From an uncultured bacterium (lineage in GTDB: Bacteria > Krumholzibacteriota > Krumholzibacteriia > Krumholzibacteriales > Krumholzibacteriaceae), in assembly GCA_965371515.1 (NCBI GenBank), contig CBDUYR010000006.1, forward strand, positions 4,475 through 68,474: 64,000 nucleotides of DNA. The letters run 5' to 3'. Below, piece after piece: positions 37,817-50,671 of this stretch. The position numbers and the translations under genes are program-made. The notes under the pieces are model-generated. The model made no database searches. It had not been told where the DNA came from and saw only the letters and a list, made by a program, of their open reading frames with translations. The stretch's first letter is position 1. Every line of letters starts with the position of its first letter.

Positions 37817-39772
37817 ATGCACAAATGCTTGAGGATCTTTGTGACTGCGCTCTCGATAGTCTCGGCCATTTATATAACCTCTTCGTTTGCGGGATGGACG
37901 ACCGACGGAGCTCCCGTATGCGTATATACCGGCGATCAGGAATATCCCGTTATATGTTCCGACGGTTCGGGCGGAGCCTTCATAGCGTGGGAGGACGGGC
38001 GCGAATACCGGGATATCTATGCACAGAGGGTAGACGAAATGGGCAGGAGACAATGGCCGGACGAGGGCCTTGCTGTCTGTACCGCATCTTATAATCAGAC
38101 TGGACCTCGAATATGCTCCGACGGCTCGGGAGGCACGATCATCGCATGGACGGATCCGCGTGCCAGCAATGTGAGGGATATCTACGCGCAGAGGATAAGT
38201 TCCGACGGCACTCCGCTCTGGACATCGGACGGTGCGCCGGTGTGCACGGAAACCGCCAACCAGTATCTCTACGGTATGTGCGGAGACGGGTTCGGCGGCG
38301 CGCTCCTCGTCTGGCAGGACGAACGGGTGAGCAGCGACCACGACGACATATACTGCCAGCGGATAGACCCGGACGGCAACGTCCTCTGGAGCGCGGGAGG
38401 TGTTCCCCTCAGCACGGGGATTTCTTTTATGCGTGAGCAGCCGCAGGTGGTGGCTGACGGATCAGGCGGCGGCATATTTACATGGATCGACTGGGGAAGC
38501 GGAGGGATATTCGCGCAGCGCGTGAACTCCACCGGCGAAGTTCAGTGGGTCATGAACGGAATAGCCATATGCAATGCTTCCGGATACCAGTATGAACCGA
38601 AGATCACCACTGATGGATACGGCGGAGCTCTTATAACCTGGTACGATCACAGGTCCTGGTACGATATATACGTCCAGCGGGTCGATTCACTCGGAAACAT
38701 GATGTGGACTGCGAACGGAGTTCAGCTTACCGACGACGGCGCGGAGGATATCTGGCAGGCATATGCCCGCATCTGCCCGGACTACGACGGTGGTGCCATG
38801 ATCACCTGGGTCGACCAGAGAGTCGGCGATTTCGATTGTTATGCTCAGCGCGTCAACGAAGCCGGGATACCGCAATGGTCTGCCAATGGAATCCCGATCT
38901 GCACTGCTTCAGGTGGGAGTGGCGAGATCACGATGGTGCCCTGCGCCGACAAGAGCGTCATCCTGGCCTGGGAAGACTCCCGCTCCGGGCTGGGGAAGGA
39001 TATCTACGTCCAGCGAGTCGATTCGCTCGGTGCAATGCAATGGGATATCGACGGCATCGTTGCCTGTGCCGCGGACGGGTATCAGTTTTTACCCCAAATT
39101 GCGAGCGACGGCGCTGACGGCGCCATCATAACCTGGCAGGACGAGCGGGTCTTCATGGACCCCGATATCTACGCCCGCCGGATAACGGAGGCAGGCGAAT
39201 ACGTCGCCACTCTGCTTCATAGCTATTTCACCGAACCCCGTCAAACCGGAATTGCCGTCGAATGGAGGCTTTCCGAAATCGATGCCGGTGACTGTTTCAA
39301 TGTAAAGAGGGCGGAGCTCGGAACCGGTGAGTATATTTCACTGCCTGACGGACAGCTCGAGCGAGACGGACTTGCTTTCTGTTACCTGGACACCAGCTGT
39401 CTTCCAGGCACGACTTACATATACCGGGTCGAGATCGAAACACAGGAAAACTCGTTTCTGCTTTTCGAAACAGATCCGGTAACCCCTGATGCTTCCGATC
39501 TGTTGCTTTATCAGAACTATCCGAACCCCTTCAATCCGGTAACATCGATCGGTTACTTCCTTCCGGCAGATTGTCACGTAACCCTTGTCATATACGATAT
39601 TTCCGGAAGGGAAGTGTGCCGGATATTCGACGGTGATCAGACAGCCGGAACGCAACTGGTTACCTGGTCGGGAATCGACAAGAGCGGCAACCCTGTCCGG
39701 TCTGGTGTATACCTGTATAGATTGCAGGCGGGCAAGGATACGATATCGAGAAAGATGATACTCCTCGAGTAG
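37817..39772 (+). CDS. Secreted repeat (beta-propeller-like) protein with C-terminal FlgD-Ig/T9SS-like sorting domain
   Basis: About 7 repeats DG.GGA.I.W.D.R..DIY.QRV; QNYPNPFNP...SGVYLYRL...KMILLE. Confidence 0.8.
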   Translation: MHKCLRIFVTALSIVSAIYITSSFAGWTTDGAPVCVYTGDQEYPVICSDGSGGAFIAWEDGREYRDIYAQRVDEMGRRQWPDEGLAVCTASYNQTGPRICSDGSGGTIIAWTDPRASNVRDIYAQRISSDGTPLWTSDGAPVCTETANQYLYGMCGDGFGGALLVWQDERVSSDHDDIYCQRIDPDGNVLWSAGGVPLSTGISFMREQPQVVADGSGGGIFTWIDWGSGGIFAQRVNSTGEVQWVMNGIAICNASGYQYEPKITTDGYGGALITWYDHRSWYDIYVQRVDSLGNMMWTANGVQLTDDGAEDIWQAYARICPDYDGGAMITWVDQRVGDFDCYAQRVNEAGIPQWSANGIPICTASGGSGEITMVPCADKSVILAWEDSRSGLGKDIYVQRVDSLGAMQWDIDGIVACAADGYQFLPQIASDGADGAIITWQDERVFMDPDIYARRITEAGEYVATLLHSYFTEPRQTGIAVEWRLSEIDAGDCFNVKRAELGTGEYISLPDGQLERDGLAFCYLDTSCLPGTTYIYRVEIETQENSFLLFETDPVTPDASDLLLYQNYPNPFNPVTSIGYFLPADCHVTLVIYDISGREVCRIFDGDQTAGTQLVTWSGIDKSGNPVRSGVYLYRLQAGKDTISRKMILLE

Positions 39773-39791
39773 ACGATGCCGGCGGTTCGAT

Positions 39792-40346
39792 CTATCTGCC
39801 TGAAATCAGAAGTGCGATCGCCGTCTTGACCAGATCAGCGAGGATGAACGGTACTACCGCCATCGCAAGAACTCCCGTCAGAGACTGACCGCTGAGAAGA
39901 TACAGGTACAGTGTGCCTCCCAGGAGGATCGTAGCGGATCCAACGAGGGAAGCGATCAGAACTGCGGGTTTGCCGCCGCCGAGAGACCTGGTCAGAACAC
40001 CTGCGAGAAGAGCCGCAGCCGGGAAAGCCACTAAATATCCGCCCGTCGGGCCGAACAGGACGGCGGGACCGAACGTCAGGCCGGCGAACACAGGCGCGCC
40101 GGCTGCGCCGATAGCGATATATGCGATCATCGCGTAGAAGCCGTCGCGCGGGCCGAGAACGATGCCTGCGAGCAGGACGAAAAGCGTCTGCATCGTGACG
40201 GGAACGGGCGTATAGGGAAGACGGACCGCGAACTGGGCTGCAAGAGCGGTGAAGCCGACGAAAGCGGCGATCCCCGCAACGCGCCTGAGCGATCCTGCCA
40301 TATCCATCGATATACCTGTATAGATCGTCGTTCTTTCGCTTATCAC
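39792..40346 (-). CDS. bioY: Biotin transporter BioY
   Basis: PVPVTMQT, GAPVFAG, GPTGGYL, PFILADLVK. Confidence 0.9.
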   Translation of the reverse strand: MISERTTIYTGISMDMAGSLRRVAGIAAFVGFTALAAQFAVRLPYTPVPVTMQTLFVLLAGIVLGPRDGFYAMIAYIAIGAAGAPVFAGLTFGPAVLFGPTGGYLVAFPAAALLAGVLTRSLGGGKPAVLIASLVGSATILLGGTLYLYLLSGQSLTGVLAMAVVPFILADLVKTAIALLISGR

Positions 40347-40412
40347 ACCGTTCTCCTTTTTTTCTCGTTACTCCGCATGGCTTCTGGAATCTATCCCTTC
40401 CCGCCCGATTTT

Positions 40413-41051
40413 TCAAGCGGAAGGTGGAGAATCGTCGACGACCTCGCCGACTGATATATTACCGAGATAATAATTCGCCGTCATCTCAATATTGCTGTGG
40501 ACGAGGCCGAAAGCCGCCTCGTCGACCCTTTCTATCTCGTATTCTTCCCTGACGGCTGCCAGCACACCGAAAAATTCGAAGAGCAGCATCCGGAAAGCCA
40601 TGAAATATATATAATTGAACTCCAGTTTCTCGACATACGCCTTTTCGTCCTTACCCCTGAGCGCAACGAGCTCCCCGAACTCCTCCCCACCACTGCCCCC
40701 GAGCAGCTCCTCCACTCTGCCGAACGTCCCGGTCTTGACCTTCTCTTCCATGCTTCCCAGTGCCCCGTTAATCTCTTCTGTAGTCGGCTCTTTATCATTG
40801 ATCCGTTCGAGCAGGTACTCGAGGTACGCCTCGCCCTCCGTGACGAGGTCCTTGAGGAAGACGAGGTTCTTCTCGAGGGACTTGACGTACTCCCCGCTCT
40901 CCATTCGCTCCTTCTTGGCGGCAAGCATGCTCGAGATGTTCTTCCTGTATACATCCGGAGCGGGGTAGTTCTCGCTGACGTGTTCCGAGAAGGTCGCGAT
41001 CAGCGCCTCTATGTCGGCCTTTTTCTTCGTCTTCTTTGTCTTCCCCGCCAT
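40413..41051 (-). CDS. Hypothetical helical protein
   Basis: Long ORF with host-like codon use, 3 nt after the upstream gene. Confidence 0.6.
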   Translation of the reverse strand: MAGKTKKTKKKADIEALIATFSEHVSENYPAPDVYRKNISSMLAAKKERMESGEYVKSLEKNLVFLKDLVTEGEAYLEYLLERINDKEPTTEEINGALGSMEEKVKTGTFGRVEELLGGSGGEEFGELVALRGKDEKAYVEKLEFNYIYFMAFRMLLFEFFGVLAAVREEYEIERVDEAAFGLVHSNIEMTANYYLGNISVGEVVDDSPPSA

Positions 41052-41054
41052 CGT

Positions 41055-42848
41055 TTATCTCTTTCTCTTCTCTTTCTTCTCAGGCACGCCGTACGGTGTC
41101 CCGACACCTACAGGAACAGTCACAGCCCCTCCCTCGTCCAGGGGCTCGGGCACGATACTGCCGAGCCTGAACGAGTAGAGTCTCATATCCTCCGAGACGA
41201 GCGTCACGATATCGCCCGACCTGCCCGAATACGAGGCGAGGACGGGTATCCAGCCCGCTTCGTACGTGCTGTACTCACCCTCCTCCCTGGCAATCCTCAT
41301 TATTGTGCCCCCGGTCATCTGCACGATGACACTTTCGCTGGACATATCGATGATGTCGAGGCGCCCCGGGAAGGGCTGCCGGGCGATCTCCTCGAGGCTT
41401 TCCGGATCGTAGAGCACCAGGGTATCGCCGTGAGTGCCTCTTCCCTTATGTGTAACGACCACGCCTTCGCTCGCGATGCCGGCGTCGCTCTTGTCGGACG
41501 ACAGTATCTCGATCTGCCTCAGCCGCTGCGGCTTGTGCCCTGGCCGGATCTCGTACTCCATGGCCGTCTTCTTGCCGAAAGTGAGAAGTCTGCCGCCAGT
41601 CATGATTATATCGGAGACCGAATTCCCCATGCTGACGTAGCGCTTCGTCTTCAGGCCGTCGTATTCGTAGGTATGGCAGAAACCGTTGGTGGTGGTCACG
41701 TATATGGCGTCTTCGGCGGCGATCACGCGCATGATCTTCTTGTCCAGCAGCTCCTCGCCGGTGAGGACAGGCTTTCCGTCTACCCATTCGACGAGATAGA
41801 GCCTTGATTTCTTCTTGAAGTTCGCGGCGCATACCGCCCTTCTCCCCCATCTCGAAGCGTCGACCAGGTCGGCTTTTTTGCCGGTGAGCTCAGCGACCAT
41901 GGTGAACCCGTCTGTCGATCTGTTTTCGAACACGTCCTCTGAGTTGCCCAGCACCAGGTCGAGTTTCGTGTCGCGCCCCTCGTTCGCGATGAGCGCGAAG
42001 AACTCTCCCGAAGAGGGACCGCCGGCCGTTTCCGCCGGACTCCCGTCCTCACCGCGAAGGAACTTCAGCCCGCGCACGGTCAGCATCGAATCCACCGGAA
42101 TCTCGCAGTCGCCGTATGAGGAAGACCTGACGGTCGGGTTGACTCTGATCCTGAGTTCCTCTCCGCTCTTCACCTTGAGCGAAGGTTCTATCTTGCCCCG
42201 CCTGTCGACGTCGGGATCGCCGGCGTCCCTGTAATACGGATTGTCCTCCGGCATAAGAGCGAAGTATATGAACCCCGACGCCACCTCCCCCGGCTCAATT
42301 GTAACCGGATCGAAGTTCCCCCCGCGGCCGGCGGGAAAGAACGAGTTCCGCAGCAGGGGCTTGTACTCCCTCGAGTACTGTACACCCGTTATGATGTAGT
42401 AGATGCCGAGCGGCCATATGATAATGCCCCCTACGACATGCTTCGCGCCGATCTCCTTGTAGTTGGGGATATCGGCCTTCCCCTTGATATACATCACCGC
42501 TTCGATGGGATGGATCGGATCGAGACTGTTGTCACCCAGCTCGAGAGTGAAACCCCTGAACGTCTCGCTGAGCGGAAGATAGTTGAGGTTGTGGATCTGG
42601 ACCGGTTCTGTATCTACATTCTTCACCGTGATGTATACCGGAACGACTCCGCTGTCCGGGGGATAGCAATTCAAGAGCGACTTGAATACCAACGGGTCGT
42701 CGATCAGGGTTGCGGCAGCCTCGACGCCGGTGCCGGAGACAAGATGCTCGTCACCGATGTCGGTGAGAACCACCTTCTTGCTGCATGATAGTGAGAAAAC
42801 GGCCAGAGCGGCCGCGAGGAACAGAGCGCCAGATCTAGCTGATATCAT
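41055..42848 (-). CDS. Hypothetical lipoprotein
   Basis: Signal peptide with SLSC lipobox; start overlaps the upstream stop region. Confidence 0.65.
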   Translation of the reverse strand: MISARSGALFLAAALAVFSLSCSKKVVLTDIGDEHLVSGTGVEAAATLIDDPLVFKSLLNCYPPDSGVVPVYITVKNVDTEPVQIHNLNYLPLSETFRGFTLELGDNSLDPIHPIEAVMYIKGKADIPNYKEIGAKHVVGGIIIWPLGIYYIITGVQYSREYKPLLRNSFFPAGRGGNFDPVTIEPGEVASGFIYFALMPEDNPYYRDAGDPDVDRRGKIEPSLKVKSGEELRIRVNPTVRSSSYGDCEIPVDSMLTVRGLKFLRGEDGSPAETAGGPSSGEFFALIANEGRDTKLDLVLGNSEDVFENRSTDGFTMVAELTGKKADLVDASRWGRRAVCAANFKKKSRLYLVEWVDGKPVLTGEELLDKKIMRVIAAEDAIYVTTTNGFCHTYEYDGLKTKRYVSMGNSVSDIIMTGGRLLTFGKKTAMEYEIRPGHKPQRLRQIEILSSDKSDAGIASEGVVVTHKGRGTHGDTLVLYDPESLEEIARQPFPGRLDIIDMSSESVIVQMTGGTIMRIAREEGEYSTYEAGWIPVLASYSGRSGDIVTLVSEDMRLYSFRLGSIVPEPLDEGGAVTVPVGVGTPYGVPEKKEKRKR

Positions 42849-43497
42849 CTTTGAGTCCCTCCAGGGGCACCGTCCTGCCAAGCGGGGTTACGCTACAATA
42901 CTTCTCCATCGTCTGCAAGAAACACTTATTCTCGCAGAAACCCCCGGAGAGGTAAAGATTTTCCGGCCTGCCGCTGAAATCGAAGACGTTCCGGACCATG
43001 CCGTGGAGGAACATCGCCACCGCCTCCTCCGGCGGGGTGCCGGTGGAAACATGCTCGAGGACCTTTTCCATTCCGAAGACGCCGCATGTGACGTTGATCC
43101 ACTTCCCCATCGCGGGAAGCCCGTCGAAATCGACCTCGTAATAGCTGCCGAGCAGTTCTATGGTCGCGCCTGTCGAAGAGCCGCAGGCGAGGTTCCAGTC
43201 AAGTTTCTTGATCTTGCGGCCGGCGAAGCGGACGAACTTCACGTCCCTGCCGCCGACATCGACGATCGAGAAATCATCCTCCTCCACGAGGGCGAGGCTG
43301 CCCTCGGAAAGAGCGATAAGCTCGTTTTTGTAAACATCGCAGCGTTTCTTGCCGCTGTGACCCGTGGCGACCTCGAAGAAGAGGTCGTCGCGGCGCACCA
43401 GTTCCCTCGTTGAGATGATCTCCAGCTCGCCCGAGCCGGTCTCGAGTATCTTGGTCCACGAGCTGCCGCAGTCGGCAATCAGCACCGGATCCTCCAT
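42835..43497 (-). CDS. HgdC/BcrAD-type ASKHA ATPase (Fe-S activase)
   Basis: DCGSSWTK, DVGGRDVK, NLACGSSTG, TCGVFG, LSGG. Confidence 0.82.
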   Translation of the reverse strand: MEDPVLIADCGSSWTKILETGSGELEIISTRELVRRDDLFFEVATGHSGKKRCDVYKNELIALSEGSLALVEEDDFSIVDVGGRDVKFVRFAGRKIKKLDWNLACGSSTGATIELLGSYYEVDFDGLPAMGKWINVTCGVFGMEKVLEHVSTGTPPEEAVAMFLHGMVRNVFDFSGRPENLYLSGGFCENKCFLQTMEKYCSVTPLGRTVPLEGLKDDIS

Positions 43498-43518
43498 CGG
43501 ACGCCGTAAAGCGTCACT

Positions 43519-44262
43519 CTATGACAACTTTATAAAGGCCTCGACCTTCGCGAGGATCGAATCGTTGATCTCACGGTGACAGTCAACAGCGATGCCCCCG
43601 TACCTCTCGGCGAGGTTGTGCGCGAGGTCCTGCTTCGCGCAGAAACTCTGGTGAAAGAATACCGTCGGAACGCCATCGTCGACCATGCACTCGAGTTCGA
43701 GGTCGGCAGGCCTCCCCGCCTCGACACACCTTATCCAGCCGTATATATGGGTCGTATCGGGAAAGAGCTCGAGGAGCCTGAAATCGTTCGGCGGCACCCC
43801 CCAGAAACCGTGCGTCGGCTCGCACCTTTCGGGAGGATCTTCGGGCGGTGACGGATCGACGACCGTCTTCATGATCCTGTCGACGCGGCCGGGGAGCGGG
43901 CCGTGGCCGGTCGACCATACGAGCGGCCTATCCTCGAACTCCTCCTCGGGGAACCTCGATTCGATGACCTCGAACCCCATCCCCTCGAGGATCCAAGCGG
44001 CGTGCCTGCCCCGGTCGCACTTGTCCTCGCCTACTGCGGCAACCACGGCGGCCAGCCTGTCGCCGAGCTCTGCCGCATTGTCGACGATGTTCGCTATGAT
44101 CCGGCATGTCGCCCTCGGCAGGAGCCCCGAATCGGACGCGCCGGAGTGAACGTCGAGGTCTATCAGCGGCAGGTCTGCGCCGTAGCGTTTCCTCACCTCG
44201 CGCAGAAGGGATCTTCGCGGAAAGCCGAAATACCCGATTAGTTTTTCCTGATTGTTTTTCAT
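43519..44262 (-). CDS. Short 2-hydroxyacyl-CoA dehydratase-like Fe-S protein
   Basis: TCRII, KCDRG, RCVEAG, FCAK, KVEAFI; adjacent to the activase. Confidence 0.55.
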   Translation of the reverse strand: MKNNQEKLIGYFGFPRRSLLREVRKRYGADLPLIDLDVHSGASDSGLLPRATCRIIANIVDNAAELGDRLAAVVAAVGEDKCDRGRHAAWILEGMGFEVIESRFPEEEFEDRPLVWSTGHGPLPGRVDRIMKTVVDPSPPEDPPERCEPTHGFWGVPPNDFRLLELFPDTTHIYGWIRCVEAGRPADLELECMVDDGVPTVFFHQSFCAKQDLAHNLAERYGGIAVDCHREINDSILAKVEAFIKLS

Positions 44263-44343
44263 GGACGTACCAGATCGAGCAGGGGGCGCCGATGTCCGGG
44301 AGGCATGGACATCAGGGAGGCTGCGCTCCGCAGGAGCCGGGGG

Positions 44344-44808
44344 CTATTGATCGCCGTTTTCCACCCGCTCCATCAACTCGATGACCTGCTCTGGACGCTC
44401 GGCCTTCAGGAGCTTCTCCCGGAATCCGTCGACCTTGATCATCTTGACTATCTTGGCGATTGCCTGGACGTGGGGTCCCGACTCATTCGTCGGCGCGATC
44501 ATCAGGAAGAAAAGATGCGAGGGCTGTCCGTCCTGGGCCTCGAAATCGACGCCTTCCTTCGATATGCCGATCACGATGCGGAGCTTGTCGACCGCGTCGC
44601 ACTTCGCGTGAGGTATCGCGATGCCCTTTTCCAGGCCGGTGCTTCCGTCGCGTTCCCGGTTCATGACCGCCTCGAGTATCGTGTCGGCGTCGCAGCTGCC
44701 GCAGTACTCCGACATGTACTCGACGAGCTCCTCGATGACCTCCTGCTTGTTGGCTCCCTCGAGGTCGAGTTTGACATGCTCGGGTCCGATATAATCAGTA
44801 AGCCTCAT
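44344..44808 (-). CDS. PTS IIA (Fru/Ntr-type) domain protein
   Basis: RERDGSTGLEKGIAIPHAK, GVDFEAQDGQP. Confidence 0.9.
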   Translation of the reverse strand: MRLTDYIGPEHVKLDLEGANKQEVIEELVEYMSEYCGSCDADTILEAVMNRERDGSTGLEKGIAIPHAKCDAVDKLRIVIGISKEGVDFEAQDGQPSHLFFLMIAPTNESGPHVQAIAKIVKMIKVDGFREKLLKAERPEQVIELMERVENGDQ

Positions 44809-44857
44809 CTCAATACGCCTCCCGTGATGCATCCTCCGGACACCCCGGCGATGGGGT

Positions 44858-44886
44858 AACATAACCAACCCCGGTCCGGATGGCAA
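44858..44886 (-). promoter_or_regulatory. Sigma70-like promoter for the PTS IIA cluster
   Basis: Minus strand TTGCCA-17-TATGTT. Confidence 0.45.
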
Positions 44887-44911
44887 GACCCGCCGCGCGA
44901 CGGGGCCGCGG

Positions 44912-45397
44912 CTACAGGTCGTCGAACATCTTTTCTATCCGGTCCGCGCCCCGTACGACCATCACGGGGCATTTGACCTTCCTCAGTATCCTCTCGCCCT
45001 CCTCGTAGAACGAATCCCTCAGGCTCAGCACCTCGCCCAGTTCCCCCTGGACGAGAAGGTCGGCGGCACAGTCTTCCGCCTCGCGGGCGACCTCCTCGTG
45101 CACGACTCCCTTCCTCAGGATCGTCTCGATCTGTAAGCCCTTCCTGTCGGCGAGCTTGACGATATAGTTGAGGTATCTCTTGCCGTCCTCCTCGAGGTCC
45201 CTTTCGTAGTCCATCTTCTCCATCTGTACAAAGATCTTCGCCTTGAGCAGCTCGGTCAGGAGGTTCTCGTTGACCACGTATATCACCCTCAGCGAGCAGC
45301 CATATGCCTTCGCCATCGCTATACCCAGCTGCGCGGCGGTAATACAGGATTCGCTTCCATCGACATAGAGAAGTATGGTTTTGAGCGGATTACTCAT
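44912..45397 (-). CDS. Universal stress protein
   Basis: ILLYVDGS, LRVIYVV, ADLLVQG, VKCPVMVVR. Confidence 0.88.
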   Translation of the reverse strand: MSNPLKTILLYVDGSESCITAAQLGIAMAKAYGCSLRVIYVVNENLLTELLKAKIFVQMEKMDYERDLEEDGKRYLNYIVKLADRKGLQIETILRKGVVHEEVAREAEDCAADLLVQGELGEVLSLRDSFYEEGERILRKVKCPVMVVRGADRIEKMFDDL

Positions 45398-46032
45398 GGG
45401 GCTACTCCTTTTTTCCGCAAGAGGCGGTCCTTGACGAGCTTCAGGACAAAGAACGCCTCCCTCTCGGATTCCTCGAGCGCCATCTCGATATATTTCAGTG
45501 TCTCGTCATAGTCCGGTATGAATATCTTCTCGAGGGCGTTCACCCTCCTTATCGTCTTTCCCACCTCTCGCGAGAGGCGCATAAGCGATATCCTTGCTTC
45601 GGCGAGCGTTCCGAGGAGCCGCAGGACCTCGCGGAACTTCTTGATCGCCTCGTCTATCCAGATGCTGCTCTCCGCGGCGGCGAAGTAGGGCGAGCGGTCG
45701 TCGAACCGCACCTTGACGCGCGGCAGCGAGACTCCCATCACCCTCTTCTCGGAGAACGATATGTCCGATTCGATGTTCATCCCCAGGGCGATCATATTGA
45801 TCTCCCTGCGCCCCATCCTGAGGATTGCCTGGTCGAGGGCCTCGAACGCCTCGCCGAGCTTCGCCTCGACCTCTTCCTGCGCCTCGACGGCCCTGTCGAT
45901 AAGGCCCATCAACTCGACGATAAGGATCTTGCGCTTCTGGTCGAGCAGCTCCCATCCCTCGCGGGCGAAGCCGAGGTCTTGCTTGACCTTCATAAGATTC
46001 GTCTTGGTCGGAGCCATCTCGTAGCGAGCCAT
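45394..46032 (-). CDS. ntpD: V/A-type ATPase subunit D
   Basis: PTKTNL, LLDQKR, KTIRRVNALE.IFIP. Confidence 0.93.
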   Translation of the reverse strand: MARYEMAPTKTNLMKVKQDLGFAREGWELLDQKRKILIVELMGLIDRAVEAQEEVEAKLGEAFEALDQAILRMGRREINMIALGMNIESDISFSEKRVMGVSLPRVKVRFDDRSPYFAAAESSIWIDEAIKKFREVLRLLGTLAEARISLMRLSREVGKTIRRVNALEKIFIPDYDETLKYIEMALEESEREAFFVLKLVKDRLLRKKGVAP

Positions 46033-46036
46033 GCCG

Positions 46037-47431
46037 TTATTCCTTGCCGTAGTACTTGGCGATCTCTTCCTCGCTGATGCGGTAGAGTTCTTCCTTCGGC
46101 AGCGTGGAGATCACATTCCATCCAATATCGAGAGTCTCAGTGATAGCACGGTCCTCATACTCGCCCTGGCTGAGGAACTCGCGCTCGAACCTCTCGCCGA
46201 ACTCGAGGTAGATCTTGTCCAGGGGAGTGAGCTCCTCCTCGCCGATCACGGCGGCAAGTGCCCGCACGTCCTTGACGTGCGAGTAGGCGGCGAAGAGCTG
46301 GCTTGCCACATGCGCGTGGTCTTCCCTCGTCATCCCCTCGCCGATGCCATCCTTCATCAGGCGCGAGAGGGACGGCAGTCCCGCTATCGGCGGGTAGATG
46401 TTCCTCTGGTCGAGCTCCCTCTCGAGAACGATCTGACCTTCGGTTATGTAGCCGGAGAGATCCGGTACAGGATGCGATATATCGTCGTTGGGCATCGTCA
46501 GGATCGGCATCTGGGTAATCGAACCTTCGATTCCCTTCACCATCCCCGCGCGCTCGTAGATCATCGAGAGGTCGCTGTACAGGTAGCCGGGGTATCCCTT
46601 CCTGCTGGGAATCTCCTCGCGTATCGTAGAGATCTCGCGGAGCGACTCGCAGTAGTTCGTCATATCGGTCAGGATCACCAGCACGTGCATGTTCATGTCG
46701 AAGGCGAGGAACTCTGCGGCGGTCAGCGCCGTACGCGGCGTCACGAGCCTCTCGACCGACGGATCGTCGGCGAGGTTGAGAAAGAGAACGACCTTCTCGA
46801 GCACGCCCGATTCCTCGAAGTTCCTGATGAAATATCTCGCCACGTCGTGCTTTATCCCCATCGCGGCGAACACTACTGCGAACTGCGTGTCCTCCCCGAT
46901 CAGCTTCGCCTGTCGGGTGATCTGAGCGACGAGCCTGTTGTGAGGAAGGCCCGTTCCGGAGAATACAGGCAGCTTCTGGCCGCGCACGAGGGTGTTCATC
47001 CCATCGATCGCCGAGATGCCGGTCTGTATGAACTCTTTCGGGTACTCGCGCGCCGTCGGGTTGATCGGAAGGCCGTTGACGTCCATCCGCTTCTCGGCGA
47101 GCGGCGGCGGGCCGTCGTCTATCGGCTGGCCGAGCCCGTTGAAGACGCGCCCGAGGATCTCGGCGCCCGCCCCGAAGTGGAGCGGCTCTCCCTTGAAGCG
47201 TACTCTCGTCTCGGGTATGGAGAGCCCGGAGGTCCCCTCGAATACCTGGATGACGGCGGCCTTCTCGCTGCTCTCGAGGATCATCCCGAGCCTGACGTGC
47301 CCGTTCGAATCGACCACTTCGGCGAGCTCGTTGTAGCCGACATTGTGGATGCCCTTTATCGCGACCAGAGGGCCCGAGATACTGGCGATCCCGATGTACT
47401 CCCTGCCCTCTTTCAGATTTCTTTCTGCCAT
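46037..47431 (-). CDS. ntpB: V/A-type ATPase subunit B
   Basis: [40 protein letters not shown]. Confidence 0.96.
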   Translation of the reverse strand: MAERNLKEGREYIGIASISGPLVAIKGIHNVGYNELAEVVDSNGHVRLGMILESSEKAAVIQVFEGTSGLSIPETRVRFKGEPLHFGAGAEILGRVFNGLGQPIDDGPPPLAEKRMDVNGLPINPTAREYPKEFIQTGISAIDGMNTLVRGQKLPVFSGTGLPHNRLVAQITRQAKLIGEDTQFAVVFAAMGIKHDVARYFIRNFEESGVLEKVVLFLNLADDPSVERLVTPRTALTAAEFLAFDMNMHVLVILTDMTNYCESLREISTIREEIPSRKGYPGYLYSDLSMIYERAGMVKGIEGSITQMPILTMPNDDISHPVPDLSGYITEGQIVLERELDQRNIYPPIAGLPSLSRLMKDGIGEGMTREDHAHVASQLFAAYSHVKDVRALAAVIGEEELTPLDKIYLEFGERFEREFLSQGEYEDRAITETLDIGWNVISTLPKEELYRISEEEIAKYYGKE

Positions 47432-47446
47432 TCAGATCACCATTCT

Positions 47447-49208
<1,762 letters not shown>

Positions 49209-49216
<8 letters not shown>

Positions 49217-49868
49217 TTCCCGTCTCCCCGTCGTCTTCCGGGTAGAAGACCTCGTCAAATATCGCCATCCTTATATCGTCGCGGTACCTGAACATCCGCG
49301 CCTCGAACGTATTGTCGTATATCACATTGCCGCCAGGGTGGCCGGCCCGGGCCCCTCCGGCCGAAGACTTTTCGAGCGGCCGCGCCTGCAGTGAGCTCAC
49401 CGGCGCCGACTCAGCCGCCATCGTCTCCTTGACGCGGGGGAATATCTTCTCCTCGAGCAGCTTGAGGTCCTTTTTGTCGACGTAGATAACGAAAGATTTT
49501 CCCTCGAGCCCGCGCACCGCTTCGACGACCAGGCCGGTGAGGATGTCCGCGTACCCGGCCGACGATCTTATCCCGGAGAGCTCCTCCTCGACCTTCTTCG
49601 TTATCACGCCGACGACTTCCTCTCGCGCCTTGAGCTTCGTTCGCCTGACCTCGATGTTGACACTCGACAGGAGGCGCCTGTTTTCTGTCTCGCCCTTTTC
49701 CTTCGCGTCGCGCATGATCATCTCTGTCGCCTCGTCGCGTTTCGCCTCAGCCTTACCGAGGATGTCGGCGGCGGTGCTTCGCGCCTTATCGAGGATCGAG
49801 GCGATCTCCCTGTCGCCGTCTTCCCTTATCTGTCCGCAGATCTTTTCTACCGATTCCTTGTCGACCAC
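49209..49868 (-). CDS. ntpE: V/A-type ATPase subunit E
   Basis: Coiled-coil N-half, YDNTFEARM, operon position. Confidence 0.85.
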
Positions 49869-49904
49869 TTTAACCGCTCCCTGCCGCGCGCGGGGCGCGC
49901 TGCG

Positions 49905-50210
49905 CTATATCTTTATCCCCACCGCGGTGTTTACCATCTCCCTGATCGAGACCCTTCCCTCCACCGGGCCCTCCCTGTCGGGGACTTCGATGATCAGAGG
50001 GAATGCGTGCCCGAAAGTGAAGTCCTCGATCTCGTCACGTATCGAGTCGGCGATCCTCTCGGTGATGATGATGATGCCGATCTCACCCGATTCAAACACC
50101 TTGGCAAGCGCCTCCCGGGCGCCATCGGGCGATTCGACGACCTCGCCCTCGAGGCCGACGAGCTTGAAGCCCGTTACCGTGTTCTCGTCCGCTATGACGT
50201 AGAACTGCAT
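49905..50210 (-). CDS. V/A-type ATPase subunit F
   Basis: VIADENTVTGFKLVG, PLIIEVPD, AVGIKI. Confidence 0.92.
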   Translation of the reverse strand: MQFYVIADENTVTGFKLVGLEGEVVESPDGAREALAKVFESGEIGIIIITERIADSIRDEIEDFTFGHAFPLIIEVPDREGPVEGRVSIREMVNTAVGIKI

Positions 50211-50251
50211 CGTTCACTCTCTCCGCGTTGTCCGATCCGCTGCCGTCCCGG

Positions 50252-50671
<420 letters not shown>

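Noticed and set aside
37817-39200. Internal repeats in the secreted protein as a DNA repeat array
   Set aside because: Degenerate protein-level propeller repeats, not nucleotide repeats
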